DNA of 64,000 nucleotides from a virus (IMGVR_UViG_3300047510_001751:126249-190248), one strand, 5' to 3'; shown: positions 38,444 through 47,826, counted from the stretch's first letter. The notes: a model not told the origin generated them from the sequence alone. Made by a program: numbers and translations.

Positions 38444-39862
38444 CTAGGATCTAATACGTGATACTTTATTTCTGATTGCTTCGACATAATCAAGATGATG
38501 TGTTGTGTCAGTTTTGTATTCTGGTTGCTTGAAGGGTAATACCTCAGAAGATATGTCCCAATTATGATCTTTAGCCGCTATAGTGTGCATAAACATAATA
38601 TAATCATCATGATCAATATATTGATCACCTAAAAGATTTATAATATGTTCTTGATAATCATATTTTACATTTTTATGGTCTATCCAAAATCGAGTATCAT
38701 CACGTTGACATGTTTTATATTGAGTTAAAATAAAAGCTGCCCAAAACTTGTATCGACTTTCAATCCTATCATTAATAACTTCCCTCAAACTATTCACAAT
38801 ATTTTTATCTGGAATATCTTTCCATTGTTGTAAAATAGGTTTTAAATGATTAATGACATCAATTGTCAATGTTAGCCCAGGAGCATCTAATGGTTCTAGA
38901 AATCCATTAGCTAAACCAAGAGTACAGTAATTTTCGTGATATGTTTTTTTATTATATCGAGGATAAAAATTAACGAGCCTCGGTTCTATATCTACACCAA
39001 CATCATTAATAAACTCTTCTCTGGCTCTATCTTCACTGACATAGTTAGAACTAAATGTATACCCTGTACCAATTCTCGAATAAGTTGGTGTTATCCATCT
39101 CCACCCATACTTCATAGTTTTTGCTACTGTGTATGGATGAAATTGATTTCTTTTATCAGTATATTCTAGTGGATATACAAAAGCTTTGTTTGTTAACAAT
39201 ACATCAGACAAATCAACATATTCTTCATTCAAAATATCATTGTAACCAGTGGCAATAATATAATAATCTGCTGTGATTACGGTGTCTTTATCAGTAATAA
39301 GTCTCTCAATTTTATCATTTGTTTTTTCTACTTTAACAATAGTTTCTGCTAATGTAGAAACATGTTTGTGCTTCTTACAATGCTTAGAAATAAAATTAAT
39401 ATACTTACCAGCATCAAAATGCCATGATTTTGGATAAAAGAAATCAGATTTAAATACGTGATTATCTTTTACTGTATCATTTAAATTACAGGCAATAAGA
39501 TCATTGATTGAAACATCTTTCGGTTTATTTGCCAAAAGTCTATAAAACATAGTTGTATGAATGCTCATGGCATTCGATGACCTATTGTTTTTGAAATTGT
39601 GAATAAAGTTGTTTTTAGACCAGTTCTTATAATAGACACCATACTTCACAGCAGCATCGGATTCGGCAATAAAAATATCATGGTTTACACCAATTTCTTG
39701 ATGAAAACCATTTAACTTAATTGTATTGGATTCCCCAACCCCAATGCTAGGAATATGGGGAGAACCTACAATTATAATTTCACTAAAAAACTCTTTTTTA
39801 ACTGCCATAGCAGCACAAGCCATCCAGCCTGCTGCCCCAGTTCCAACAATACAGAGTTTCAT
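38444..39862 (-). CDS. Tryptophan halogenase-like flavoprotein (PrnA family)
   Basis: IVGTGAAGW Rossmann motif, IGVGES, K-x-GVYYKNW, GWRWITP, GFLEPLDA; start at MKLCIV. Confidence 0.85.
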   Translation of the reverse strand: MKLCIVGTGAAGWMACAAMAVKKEFFSEIIIVGSPHIPSIGVGESNTIKLNGFHQEIGVNHDIFIAESDAAVKYGVYYKNWSKNNFIHNFKNNRSSNAMSIHTTMFYRLLANKPKDVSINDLIACNLNDTVKDNHVFKSDFFYPKSWHFDAGKYINFISKHCKKHKHVSTLAETIVKVEKTNDKIERLITDKDTVITADYYIIATGYNDILNEEYVDLSDVLLTNKAFVYPLEYTDKRNQFHPYTVAKTMKYGWRWITPTYSRIGTGYTFSSNYVSEDRAREEFINDVGVDIEPRLVNFYPRYNKKTYHENYCTLGLANGFLEPLDAPGLTLTIDVINHLKPILQQWKDIPDKNIVNSLREVINDRIESRYKFWAAFILTQYKTCQRDDTRFWIDHKNVKYDYQEHIINLLGDQYIDHDDYIMFMHTIAAKDHNWDISSEVLPFKQPEYKTDTTHHLDYVEAIRNKVSRIRS

Positions 39863-40080
39863 AGTTTTCCGCCTACTGTTCCTTCGTGTTGTTTGGTTTC
39901 TGGAAATCCTTCTTGAAGCCATTTAAGATAGCATCGAGTAGCATTAACACATTGTTCTTCTGTGAGAGAAGTGATGATGGGTTTCTCGTCTTTGTCAAAA
40001 GAATGCCAAAGTCCATAGTTAGTTTGTTTTAAATAAAACGCCCCCTCGTCATAAAAAATTGGCTCTTGCTGGTTGCTCAT
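39859..40080 (-). CDS. Hypothetical protein
   Basis: YGLWHS...YEGTVGGKL-type C-terminus. Confidence 0.65.
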   Translation of the reverse strand: MSNQQEPIFYDEGAFYLKQTNYGLWHSFDKDEKPIITSLTEEQCVNATRCYLKWLQEGFPETKQHEGTVGGKL

Positions 40081-40276
40081 CTGGTACTCCTTCAATAATA
40101 ATTTGTGCTGGTTTATCATTCCAATGACGAACTACTCCAGCAATGATAAAACAGTTAGTAATAAGATACGTAACAAAAATAATAGTTCTAACGATTGCCA
40201 CTCGGTCTGCCACGTCGTCTTTTTTGTGTGCTTTCTCCCCCAGTGCTAGTGCCCACAGATGCCACAGGTGTTTCAT
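40049..40276 (-). CDS. Small membrane protein
   Basis: WALALGEKA...ADRVAIVRTIIF...NCFIIAGVVRHW. Confidence 0.7.
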   Translation of the reverse strand: MKHLWHLWALALGEKAHKKDDVADRVAIVRTIIFVTYLITNCFIIAGVVRHWNDKPAQIIIEGVPDEQPARANFL

Positions 40277-40565
40277 TTGGTTCAAAAAATTGATCGAGAG
40301 ATGAGAATAGTTGTTGTTTGGGTTTCCTGCCACGTTTCTTTGGTGTTTCTACTGGTTCTTCCTTGTCCACTACAGGAAGTGGCACAGCAAGAGTAGGATC
40401 TTGATAATGGATGGTAGCATCCTTGGTCTTGATGCTGTAACGAGTCAGATGTTTATCAAGGTGATTCTGGCATTGAAACCAGCAGATTTTATGTTCCTTC
40501 CCGTCCTGATACTCTAGACGAATCGGAAACCCAGTGTGAGGGAACAGGTCTTGGTCTTGCTTCAT
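40188..40565 (-). CDS. Hypothetical protein with basic tail
   Basis: FPIRLEY...KICWFQCQNHLDKHL. Confidence 0.6.
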   Translation of the reverse strand: MKQDQDLFPHTGFPIRLEYQDGKEHKICWFQCQNHLDKHLTRYSIKTKDATIHYQDPTLAVPLPVVDKEEPVETPKKRGRKPKQQLFSSLDQFFEPNETPVASVGTSTGGESTQKRRRGRPSGNR

Positions 40566-40911
40566 AATGTTGTAGTTTGCCGTTAAGGAAAGTAAGAGAG
40601 CATTCTGGCCAGTCATCCCACTGACCTTTGTGAGTCTGTGGATATACTACCACAGTTTTGGACAGTTGGCAAGCCTTGACCCTGCCATGGTTGCCGTTGA
40701 GGATGTATTCTAATCCTAGTAGGTTTTCATCTGAATCTACAATGTCATAAATGTCTTCATCTTCGATCACCCACAACCTACCAGATGGATCCAACCAATA
40801 AAGATCTAAGAATCCCCTGTATTTCTCATTGAATGTCTTAGATTGACACACAGTTTCAGTAAATGGTTCGCCCAGATCGTATGATGAGCGAAAGTAATCA
40901 AACATTCCCAT
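40489..40911 (-). CDS. Conserved phage hypothetical protein
   Basis: MGMFDYFRSSYDLG...YWLDPSGRLW. Confidence 0.7.
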   Translation of the reverse strand: MGMFDYFRSSYDLGEPFTETVCQSKTFNEKYRGFLDLYWLDPSGRLWVIEDEDIYDIVDSDENLLGLEYILNGNHGRVKACQLSKTVVVYPQTHKGQWDDWPECSLTFLNGKLQHYEARPRPVPSHWVSDSSRVSGREGT

Positions 40912-41079
40912 GGTATTATGTGGTAGTGATTCTAAAGTTAAAACTATCTATGAAGGTTTGCCATGCCCCATCATTAAATTCTTTTGTCTCATAAGAAAAA
41001 CGATACCCGTTTTCTTCTTGTATAGCATAGTCAATCTCACACTGAATGAGTGCTCGGAGTTGTTCGATTTGTTCTTTAG

Positions 41080-41616
41080 TCATCCCAGTTTCCTCTTAAT
41101 AGTTTCAAGACAGTCATTCCAACCTTCTACCAGTTCTTCAACACCAATAGATTGAGAACCTTCAGCAGATTGTGGTTTAGGCAACCACTTCTTGATACGC
41201 TCAATCAAATCATCAATTGATTCATTGGATGACAAACTGGATTTAACTGTGAAGATATCACTCCACCAATCATCAATCACATCACCAAGAGTGGGACCAA
41301 AGGTGAATTTGAGTGATCCTTGTGGATTAGCAGAAATGTCAGCAGCAAACATCTTCTCAAGCAGTCGGAATGTTTCAGCATCATCTACACGAGTTAGAAT
41401 GCCACCTTCATCGTTCTCACGCCACCACTTGACCCAACCATCACTATGACGATAGTGATTACGATAGTATGTGGTATTGTTGTAATCAACACAATACACC
41501 GTGCCTTCTTTCAGCGATTCCATTTTAGGAATGGGTGTCTTCTCAATCTCTTCAAGCAGTGCTACTTTCTTTTCAAGTAGTTTGATTTGTGCTTTTACTT
41601 CTTCAATTTCAGTCAT
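41080..41616 (-). CDS. Hypothetical protein
   Basis: 178 aa, N-terminal coiled coil. Confidence 0.65.
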   Translation of the reverse strand: MTEIEEVKAQIKLLEKKVALLEEIEKTPIPKMESLKEGTVYCVDYNNTTYYRNHYRHSDGWVKWWRENDEGGILTRVDDAETFRLLEKMFAADISANPQGSLKFTFGPTLGDVIDDWWSDIFTVKSSLSSNESIDDLIERIKKWLPKPQSAEGSQSIGVEELVEGWNDCLETIKRKLG

Positions 41617-41818
41617 TTTTTTCTACCCAAGTACAAGCAAAACAAATCTTCATCATAAACCTCACAAATCTATTAGGAACAGTTCCTTCGTTTGGTGTCC
41701 ATTGAATACCATTACCAGGAGAACCACCAAACATATAACAAGTCCAGTCAGATAGCTTTGGATTGTGAATTTGTAATTGATAGTCAGGGAATTTAGTTTC
41801 GTAGAATTTATCAGTCAT
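41609..41818 (-). CDS. Hypothetical protein
   Basis: 69 aa, coupled. Confidence 0.6.
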   Translation of the reverse strand: MTDKFYETKFPDYQLQIHNPKLSDWTCYMFGGSPGNGIQWTPNEGTVPNRFVRFMMKICFACTWVEKND

Positions 41819-42000
41819 AGGTCAAAAGGTTGTTGAGGGTCTCGGGTCCACACTTTCGTATACACTAACCACTTCTCTTGTTTGTTATCCATCTCAGCAG
41901 TCCAGTGATACCCATTCTCATCAATAGCATCAAGGTAATGAATACCTTTACGGTCATCAATCACACGAGTGACTGATACAAACTTTACTTTTTCAACCAT
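41815..42000 (-). CDS. Hypothetical protein
   Basis: 61 aa, coupled. Confidence 0.6.
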   Translation of the reverse strand: MVEKVKFVSVTRVIDDRKGIHYLDAIDENGYHWTAEMDNKQEKWLVYTKVWTRDPQQPFDL

Positions 42001-42121
42001 AGTCAGTTACCGTTAATGATGTTCCAGAATTGTTTAGAATTAGCACCAGGAAGATGTGGTAGTTTCTTCTCCCAGTATCCTGTGATGTGATAATACCACG
42101 ATTTTAGCACATATGGGAGTT

Positions 42122-42448
42122 TCATACTCCATCTCCAGTTTCTTGCCACAAAGCAACAGGACTATATTTTTGCTCTACTTCTTTCACACGTTCCATGAAA
42201 CTATCATCACCATGATCACCACTATACAGATAATCAATATGCCTCATAATTTCTGACATCTTACGAAGTTTAGGCAGTTGCTCTTTCAAATACTCAATCA
42301 CTTCATCAGGATAGTTTGAATAGTAATAAGAATGGTCTCCATCTGTGCCTGCTTTACCATTGTGTCGGATTTCTTCCTCCAACTCATCAGCAAATTGTGA
42401 TACCTTGTAATAATCGTAACCGCAGTTACCGAAATGTCCGCCGCTCAT
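42122..42448 (-). CDS. Conserved phage hypothetical protein
   Basis: MSGGHF...IDYLYSGDHGDDSF. Confidence 0.7.
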   Translation of the reverse strand: MSGGHFGNCGYDYYKVSQFADELEEEIRHNGKAGTDGDHSYYYSNYPDEVIEYLKEQLPKLRKMSEIMRHIDYLYSGDHGDDSFMERVKEVEQKYSPVALWQETGDGV

Positions 42449-42648
42449 TGTTGTGCCTCAATAATAGATTTGATTTGTTGAAGATCTTCTATGCGTTCTT
42501 TGGTAAGATCATACTCTTCACAATACCAATCAAGATCAGGATTTTCCTGATTGGTTTCCTCCCGAATGTCCCATTCAATACACTGAAGATGTCCTTCTTG
42601 GTCTCGAATGAAATAGTTTAGAGTGTCAAATAAAGTCATGATCTTCAA
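42445..42648 (-). CDS. Hypothetical protein
   Basis: 67 aa, coupled. Confidence 0.6.
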   Translation of the reverse strand: MKIMTLFDTLNYFIRDQEGHLQCIEWDIREETNQENPDLDWYCEEYDLTKERIEDLQQIKSIIEAQQ

Positions 42649-42808
42649 AAGTAAAGTAATCAGTAATGGCAGACATCACAGCATCATTAATACGATCAAA
42701 AATAACATGTTCTTCTGGGTTTTCTACATGTTTGTGGGCAAGACGCCAACCACGTTGAACACCTTGTTCAATTGCCATTTCAAGAATAACGTGTGTTTTA
42801 GGTTTCAT
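42626..42808 (-). CDS. Hypothetical protein
   Basis: 60 aa, coupled. Confidence 0.6.
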   Translation of the reverse strand: MKPKTHVILEMAIEQGVQRGWRLAHKHVENPEEHVIFDRINDAVMSAITDYFTFEDHDFI

Positions 42809-43051
42809 TAGTCTTCAGGGTCGTTGTGGTGAATAGCATAGTTAAACACTAATGCAATAAAAGCAAGGGCAAACCAAGATCCAAAAAAAGTAATCATCGG
42901 ATGTAAAGATGTTTTTTGTTTTCAATCATATGATCCAAAACTTGTGCTAGTTTTTGTTCATATGTGGCATTGTTATGTTTCATACACTCCACATAAGCAT
43001 CATGAAGGCGAGCGTACAAGTCATCCCAATGAGTTTTGTCGATAGGTTTAA

Positions 43052-43255
43052 TCATTTCCAAATGCCAGAAACAACAGCAATACCAAGAATAATAGCAAGA
43101 AAACCAAGAGCGATCAGGAAACTAATCCAAATAGGAGAAATAACCCAAATCCAAGGCCAAGAAATAAATCCAGTGAGTTTTAGACCAACAAACAGAATAG
43201 TCAACCATCCAGCAAATCCCATGCCAGAGTTGACGGTAGTAGTGTTGCTAGACAT
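43052..43255 (-). CDS. Small membrane protein
   Basis: LTILFVGLKLTGFISWPWIWVISPIW; behind TTGACG-N17-TATACT (43301-06/43278-83). Confidence 0.7.
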   Translation of the reverse strand: MSSNTTTVNSGMGFAGWLTILFVGLKLTGFISWPWIWVISPIWISFLIALGFLAIILGIAVVSGIWK

Positions 43256-43322
43256 GTGTTTTGTTTGAACTGAAGACAGTATAGACCATAAAAAAGGGGG
43301 CGTCAACCCCCTTGTGTCGGTT

Positions 43323-43793
43323 TCAGAACTGTCCATTTCCTTGACCAACATCAAACACCCAGATGCCACGCTCAATCCACATGTTCACCACACGCTGGCG
43401 GTCATCAAAGACACCCAGAATCCTATGAGTTTTAATGATTTCATCAGCAATCTCACCTTTAACAATAGCATCATCACGGTGATCTTTATACTTTCTCATA
43501 TACAACCCATCCCATTTGAAACCAAATTTGGTGAGCCACTCTTCTGTTTGATCACGATAATCATCTGACCGACCAGATACAAAGAACAGATCAGCATTCA
43601 TAATTCCCTTACTGGCATGTAGAGATTTGTATACAAGTTCTACTGCTAGGTTGGGAACATCTTCACTCAGTCCTTTGTTCCAAGCATCCCAGTTACGGGG
43701 TTTGGTTGCCACATACTGACGACGATGGCGAACATCACAGATAGTTCCATCGAGATCGAAAACGAAGCACTTCTTTTGTTCCACATTCAACAT
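43323..43793 (-). CDS. HAD-family polynucleotide 3'-phosphatase (PseT C-terminal-like)
   Basis: FDLDGT, FVSGR, RDDAIVK, FDDR...VVNMW. Confidence 0.85.
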   Translation of the reverse strand: MLNVEQKKCFVFDLDGTICDVRHRRQYVATKPRNWDAWNKGLSEDVPNLAVELVYKSLHASKGIMNADLFFVSGRSDDYRDQTEEWLTKFGFKWDGLYMRKYKDHRDDAIVKGEIADEIIKTHRILGVFDDRQRVVNMWIERGIWVFDVGQGNGQF

Positions 43794-44244
43794 AATCAAA
43801 TCCTTCAGATACAGTTGGTTTTTCAAATTGATGATACATTCTTTTCAGAATGTCTTTGGGAATGAACTTACCTTCACGATGATTATTTCGTTCCAGTGCT
43901 TCTTCTAAAGGAATCTCAAAGTAAACTGCTCCTCTGTGACAATGTGACGGCAGTTTATTGAGTTTTTTCTTTCGTGCTTTGACACTGAGATTCGTCTGAT
44001 CCCATATAATATTTTTGCCATTGTCAATGGCATATGGGATCAGTTTCTCCATCATCCGTGTTGCTTCTGTGATATACTGATCGAACACTTCATTATATGT
44101 TTTGCCTTCTTTTTTGGCATAATAATCAATATAGTAATCTGTCGAGAGAACCACAGAATTTTTCCAATAGTCCAGAGCAAGAAGTTTATCCACATAGGTA
44201 GATTTCCCACTGGTGGGTATACCACAGAGCATTACACATTCCAT
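43735..44244 (-). CDS. P-loop polynucleotide kinase (PseT N-terminal/AAA_33-like)
   Basis: LCGIPTSGKST Walker A, LSTD, IIWDQTN...R, ALERN..R. Confidence 0.85.
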   Translation of the reverse strand: MECVMLCGIPTSGKSTYVDKLLALDYWKNSVVLSTDYYIDYYAKKEGKTYNEVFDQYITEATRMMEKLIPYAIDNGKNIIWDQTNLSVKARKKKLNKLPSHCHRGAVYFEIPLEEALERNNHREGKFIPKDILKRMYHQFEKPTVSEGFDYVECGTKEVLRFRSRWNYL

Positions 44245-45410
44245 GACAAACCTCCAAACAACCAGCGATTCTGGTCAATTTTAGTTTGAGTGGTGAGTAA
44301 TTTGCTGATCATGTCAACAATGGTCTGGCGAGACCCTTTACCACCTTTCATAGCATACATGATCGGGGCGTGGATTGGCAAGATTTTGGTCTGGACAAAC
44401 TGGGTAGCAAAATCCTTTCGGTCAGGATACATGATACAACCAGCATTATACATGTCTGCCATCTCACTGGCAAGGTCGTCTACAGCCAGCCAGAAGGCGT
44501 TCTGGAACGCTTTAAGGCGGGTAGCGTCGTCTGGGGTCAGCAACGGCACAAGATCGTCTACAGAGTCACTGAGGATGGTCTGGAGGACGTTTTTCTCCTG
44601 ACTGATCTGGTCTTTTGATTTGTGACGAAGCACATACTCATCTGCCTTGACTTTGACCATGTGACCATTATCAAAACGGAGAACAACACCTTCTCCATCA
44701 TCCCACTCACGAACTTGTTTCACAAACAAATCAATGTTTTGAACAGCAAGACCATCAACTGCTTTGACTACAGGAATATCCCTAGCAGAAGCATAGTTCT
44801 TCATAGCATCATAATGTACATAATTACCATCAGATACATACCTCATGGCAGTCAGAATGAGTTGATCTTCAGGATAATCAACCACAATACGGTTCTTACG
44901 AGAGCACCACTCAAAAATAGGAGTGATGTTTCGTTGGAAGCACTTGTGAATAAACTGAGAATAATGTTTTTTATCCGCAATAAAATACTCAGCATTCATT
45001 GCTACATCAGTAACACCAGCCTTTGTACCTAAACGAAAACCTTCTTTGGTTGGAATAGGACGAATCATAGACCCATCCAGTTTCTCCAACACCACATGAG
45101 GTTCGTATAGATTGATCTTGTTGATTGCTGTCTCTTCACGCTCACCAGCATTAAAGAACTTGTGATACGGACGGGAGATAAGATTACCAGTGGCAGTATC
45201 AAAGATCAGACCACGACATTCACGACGAATCTTCATGTTGTAATGAGATCGCTCACGAATAAGTGAGAAAGTATCATCAAACGCCACCATGTAGTTAACA
45301 ACGGTATACCAATCCTTCACCATCACCTTGAACTCGGGACGATCTTCAATGTGAGGGATCACATCATCAATATGTTTGATCTCAGGAAAATCATAGTTCA
45401 TAGTCATCAT
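44232..45410 (-). CDS. rnlA: RNA ligase 1 (T4 Rnl1/RnlA-like)
   Basis: RECRGLIFD, RPYHKFFN, EKLDGSM (motif I), FEW, EGVVL, VKVKADEY. Confidence 0.85.
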   Translation of the reverse strand: MMTMNYDFPEIKHIDDVIPHIEDRPEFKVMVKDWYTVVNYMVAFDDTFSLIRERSHYNMKIRRECRGLIFDTATGNLISRPYHKFFNAGEREETAINKINLYEPHVVLEKLDGSMIRPIPTKEGFRLGTKAGVTDVAMNAEYFIADKKHYSQFIHKCFQRNITPIFEWCSRKNRIVVDYPEDQLILTAMRYVSDGNYVHYDAMKNYASARDIPVVKAVDGLAVQNIDLFVKQVREWDDGEGVVLRFDNGHMVKVKADEYVLRHKSKDQISQEKNVLQTILSDSVDDLVPLLTPDDATRLKAFQNAFWLAVDDLASEMADMYNAGCIMYPDRKDFATQFVQTKILPIHAPIMYAMKGGKGSRQTIVDMISKLLTTQTKIDQNRWLFGGLSWNV

Positions 45411-45747
45411 CCCAGGGTGCTTTACGATCTAATAGTTTACGAATGCTTTCTACTGCTTCTGGATCTGGTGGTTGATTTAATCTTTCCGTAAGAGCATCAA
45501 AATCTGTTTGTGATAGAACAATACGCTCTGGAGGATATGATCCTTTACCCCAGAATGTCTCAAATGCCCACTTATAATTCATGTCTTCCCACCCACCATT
45601 CAGTGAAGACCAGAACGATCCCCAGATATGATAATCATCAAATCTAAACCCTTCATGGCACATCAACCTGAACCACCACCACAATGGAGTGTACATAATC
45701 GGTTTAAATCCGATTAACCTTTTGTATATGAACACTGGAATGTACAT
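45391..45747 (-). CDS. Hypothetical protein
   Basis: 118-aa ORF in the operon. Confidence 0.6.
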   Translation of the reverse strand: MYIPVFIYKRLIGFKPIMYTPLWWWFRLMCHEGFRFDDYHIWGSFWSSLNGGWEDMNYKWAFETFWGKGSYPPERIVLSQTDFDALTERLNQPPDPEAVESIRKLLDRKAPWDDDYEL

Positions 45748-45993
45748 TTACCGATACCAACTCAAGTCACGTTGACGATAGGCAAGGAAGTCAAATGAAA
45801 TTGTGAGTTTATAAACACTCAAAGTGAATCCACACAAACTTTCTCCAAGCACATTAATGAGCAGCAAAGGTCTACCTGACCATTCGGACCAATCCACATT
45901 GAATTGAAACAGATTAAACACCCTAGTACAAAATATGTTTAAATACCATTCATGTCCAAAATCGTACTGGTGAAAATAATCAACGAGTTTCAT
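45748..45993 (-). CDS. Hypothetical protein
   Basis: 81 aa, coupled. Confidence 0.6.
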   Translation of the reverse strand: MKLVDYFHQYDFGHEWYLNIFCTRVFNLFQFNVDWSEWSGRPLLLINVLGESLCGFTLSVYKLTISFDFLAYRQRDLSWYR

Positions 45994-46196
45994 GGTAGGT
46001 TCTCAATTTCTTTGGATAGAGTCATCATATCACCCTTGTCCAGCACTGTCAAGTTATTCATCTTGGCTGCTGTCATGGTTTTCACATGTTCCATTGTCTT
46101 ACGAATGACGGCAGCAACGAGTTTCTGTTCTGTATCTGCCCATGTGTTACGCTCATTCCAAATGGAATCCATGAGTTTTTGTGCTCTTTCACTCAT
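45990..46196 (-). CDS. Hypothetical protein
   Basis: 68 aa, ATGA-coupled. Confidence 0.65.
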   Translation of the reverse strand: MSERAQKLMDSIWNERNTWADTEQKLVAAVIRKTMEHVKTMTAAKMNNLTVLDKGDMMTLSKEIENLP

Positions 46197-46393
46197 TCTG
46201 CTAACCTCAGTTTACGTTCAGGTGAAATGGTAGGATTGTACCAATCATCATAGTCATAGATGTACATTTGATACCAACCATAGTTCAGTTCTTCAAAGAA
46301 AGCAAGTCGGTCTATGTTGTCATTGTATTCATCAAATCTAAAATAGAATACATTACGCCAATGCCAATAGGCATCTGATATCCACTCTTTCAT
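46193..46393 (-). CDS. Hypothetical protein
   Basis: 66 aa, ATGA-coupled. Confidence 0.65.
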   Translation of the reverse strand: MKEWISDAYWHWRNVFYFRFDEYNDNIDRLAFFEELNYGWYQMYIYDYDDWYNPTISPERKLRLAE

Positions 46394-46692
46394 TTGAGAA
46401 TCTCCTGTACATTTACCTCACTGTAATCTTTAAAGTCAAGCATCTCCATCACATATCCGTCAAAGTCAGTAGCATCACATTCGTAAACATAATGACCGTG
46501 ATTGTTGTCACTCTCAGTGTAGTTACCAAGATAATCAGCAAAGGTGAGGAAGATTGCCATAGCACGAGCTTTGTCGTGCTGAGTGATAGAAGTATGGGGG
46601 TGTGCTACGATTCGTGTGATACAATCAAACAACTCTTCACGGGTGTAAGAGAATACTTTGGCGTTTTCATCAAGTTTGTAGTTAGCCATCAT
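46390..46692 (-). CDS. Hypothetical protein
   Basis: MMANYKLDE...; internal start chosen. Confidence 0.6.
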   Translation of the reverse strand: MMANYKLDENAKVFSYTREELFDCITRIVAHPHTSITQHDKARAMAIFLTFADYLGNYTESDNNHGHYVYECDATDFDGYVMEMLDFKDYSEVNVQEILK

Positions 46693-46873
46693 ACACCATT
46701 TCAAATTCTTCAAATTGGTCAACAGATACTTCGTGCTCGCCAGCAACAAGATACCAATGCTTGCCATCTTCACGAACACCAAGATATTTCATCTGGTCTT
46801 CATCAAAATCATTTTCTCTCATGGCAGCTTGAATCTTGTAGTGAATAAGATCAGATTTACTTGGTGTCATCAT
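46682..46873 (-). CDS. Hypothetical protein
   Basis: LIHYKIQAAMREN...HWYLVAGEHEV. Confidence 0.65.
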   Translation of the reverse strand: MMTPSKSDLIHYKIQAAMRENDFDEDQMKYLGVREDGKHWYLVAGEHEVSVDQFEEFEMVYDG

Positions 46874-47060
46874 TGACCCATTCCTCATAACGTGTATTGA
46901 TCTTACCACAGTTGCGGAAGATATTCAAGTGTCCTGTGTTACCATTCTCAAAATAGAATGCCATCCACACGTGCTCTCCTTCATCCATCACCTCATAGTG
47001 ATAGGATTTGATGTTATCAAGCAGGAACTCATCAGGGTTGTAAAGTTCTTTGTCAGTCAT
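46857..47060 (-). CDS. Hypothetical protein
   Basis: 67 aa, coupled. Confidence 0.6.
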   Translation of the reverse strand: MTDKELYNPDEFLLDNIKSYHYEVMDEGEHVWMAFYFENGNTGHLNIFRNCGKINTRYEEWVNDDTK

Positions 47061-47359
47061 TGGTATTTCATCTCCTTAATAAGAGCAGTGAAGAATGCTA
47101 TTCGGTCTTTTGAGTATTCAATGTCTACACCATAATTTCTACAGAAGCTTTCAAGTTGTCGCTCAGTATGTGTAGGATAACTGAGATTACTAAACTTAGA
47201 GTAAGTAATGTGTTCGATGAACTCTTGTTTCATAATTTCAAACAGACGCACTTGGTCATCTTTATCAAACTCTACCTCACATTCAGTGGGAGAGTGTCCG
47301 TTAAATTTGATTTTCATGAGAAGTTGTAATGAACTCGGGTGTAGAAATCTTTGAAGCAC
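47057..47359 (-). CDS. Hypothetical protein
   Basis: 100 aa, start uncertain. Confidence 0.55.
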   Translation of the reverse strand: MLQRFLHPSSLQLLMKIKFNGHSPTECEVEFDKDDQVRLFEIMKQEFIEHITYSKFSNLSYPTHTERQLESFCRNYGVDIEYSKDRIAFFTALIKEMKYQ

Positions 47360-47826
47360 TTGGCGTTAGACAGTTTCATCATCACAGGTGGGATGAAATA
47401 GGCACATTCAGTATAGAAATCTTCCCTACTGAGAAACTTCAGACCATAGAGATACCAAGTGCCAAACTGCTCATGGAATGCTCTCACGGCACGATATTGC
47501 TTAGAGTTAACAGGCACATACTTATTCTCACCAGAATAATCATCACCATATGGTGTTGCTTGTGTCATCATAATACAAGTGGTTTGACCTTCACCTGTGC
47601 CGAAGTATTCACCAATCATATACACCCAATGCTCATCCACTGGGAATACATCACGCTGATACTTCTCCTCATACTCTTTCATACAAGCATCAGCAACCAG
47701 TTGGAAGTTTTCTTTCTTTTTTGCTTCCAGTTCTGCTCGTAGTTCTACCTTTTCAGTTTGATCCAGTTTCTCCAGTGCTTCAGTACATTTACCAATAGCA
47801 CTCACAGCAGTTTGAATTTCAGTCAT
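47314..47826 (-). CDS. Hypothetical protein
   Basis: 170 aa, EYFGTGEGQT motif. Confidence 0.65.
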   Translation of the reverse strand: MTEIQTAVSAIGKCTEALEKLDQTEKVELRAELEAKKKENFQLVADACMKEYEEKYQRDVFPVDEHWVYMIGEYFGTGEGQTTCIMMTQATPYGDDYSGENKYVPVNSKQYRAVRAFHEQFGTWYLYGLKFLSREDFYTECAYFIPPVMMKLSNAKCFKDFYTRVHYNFS

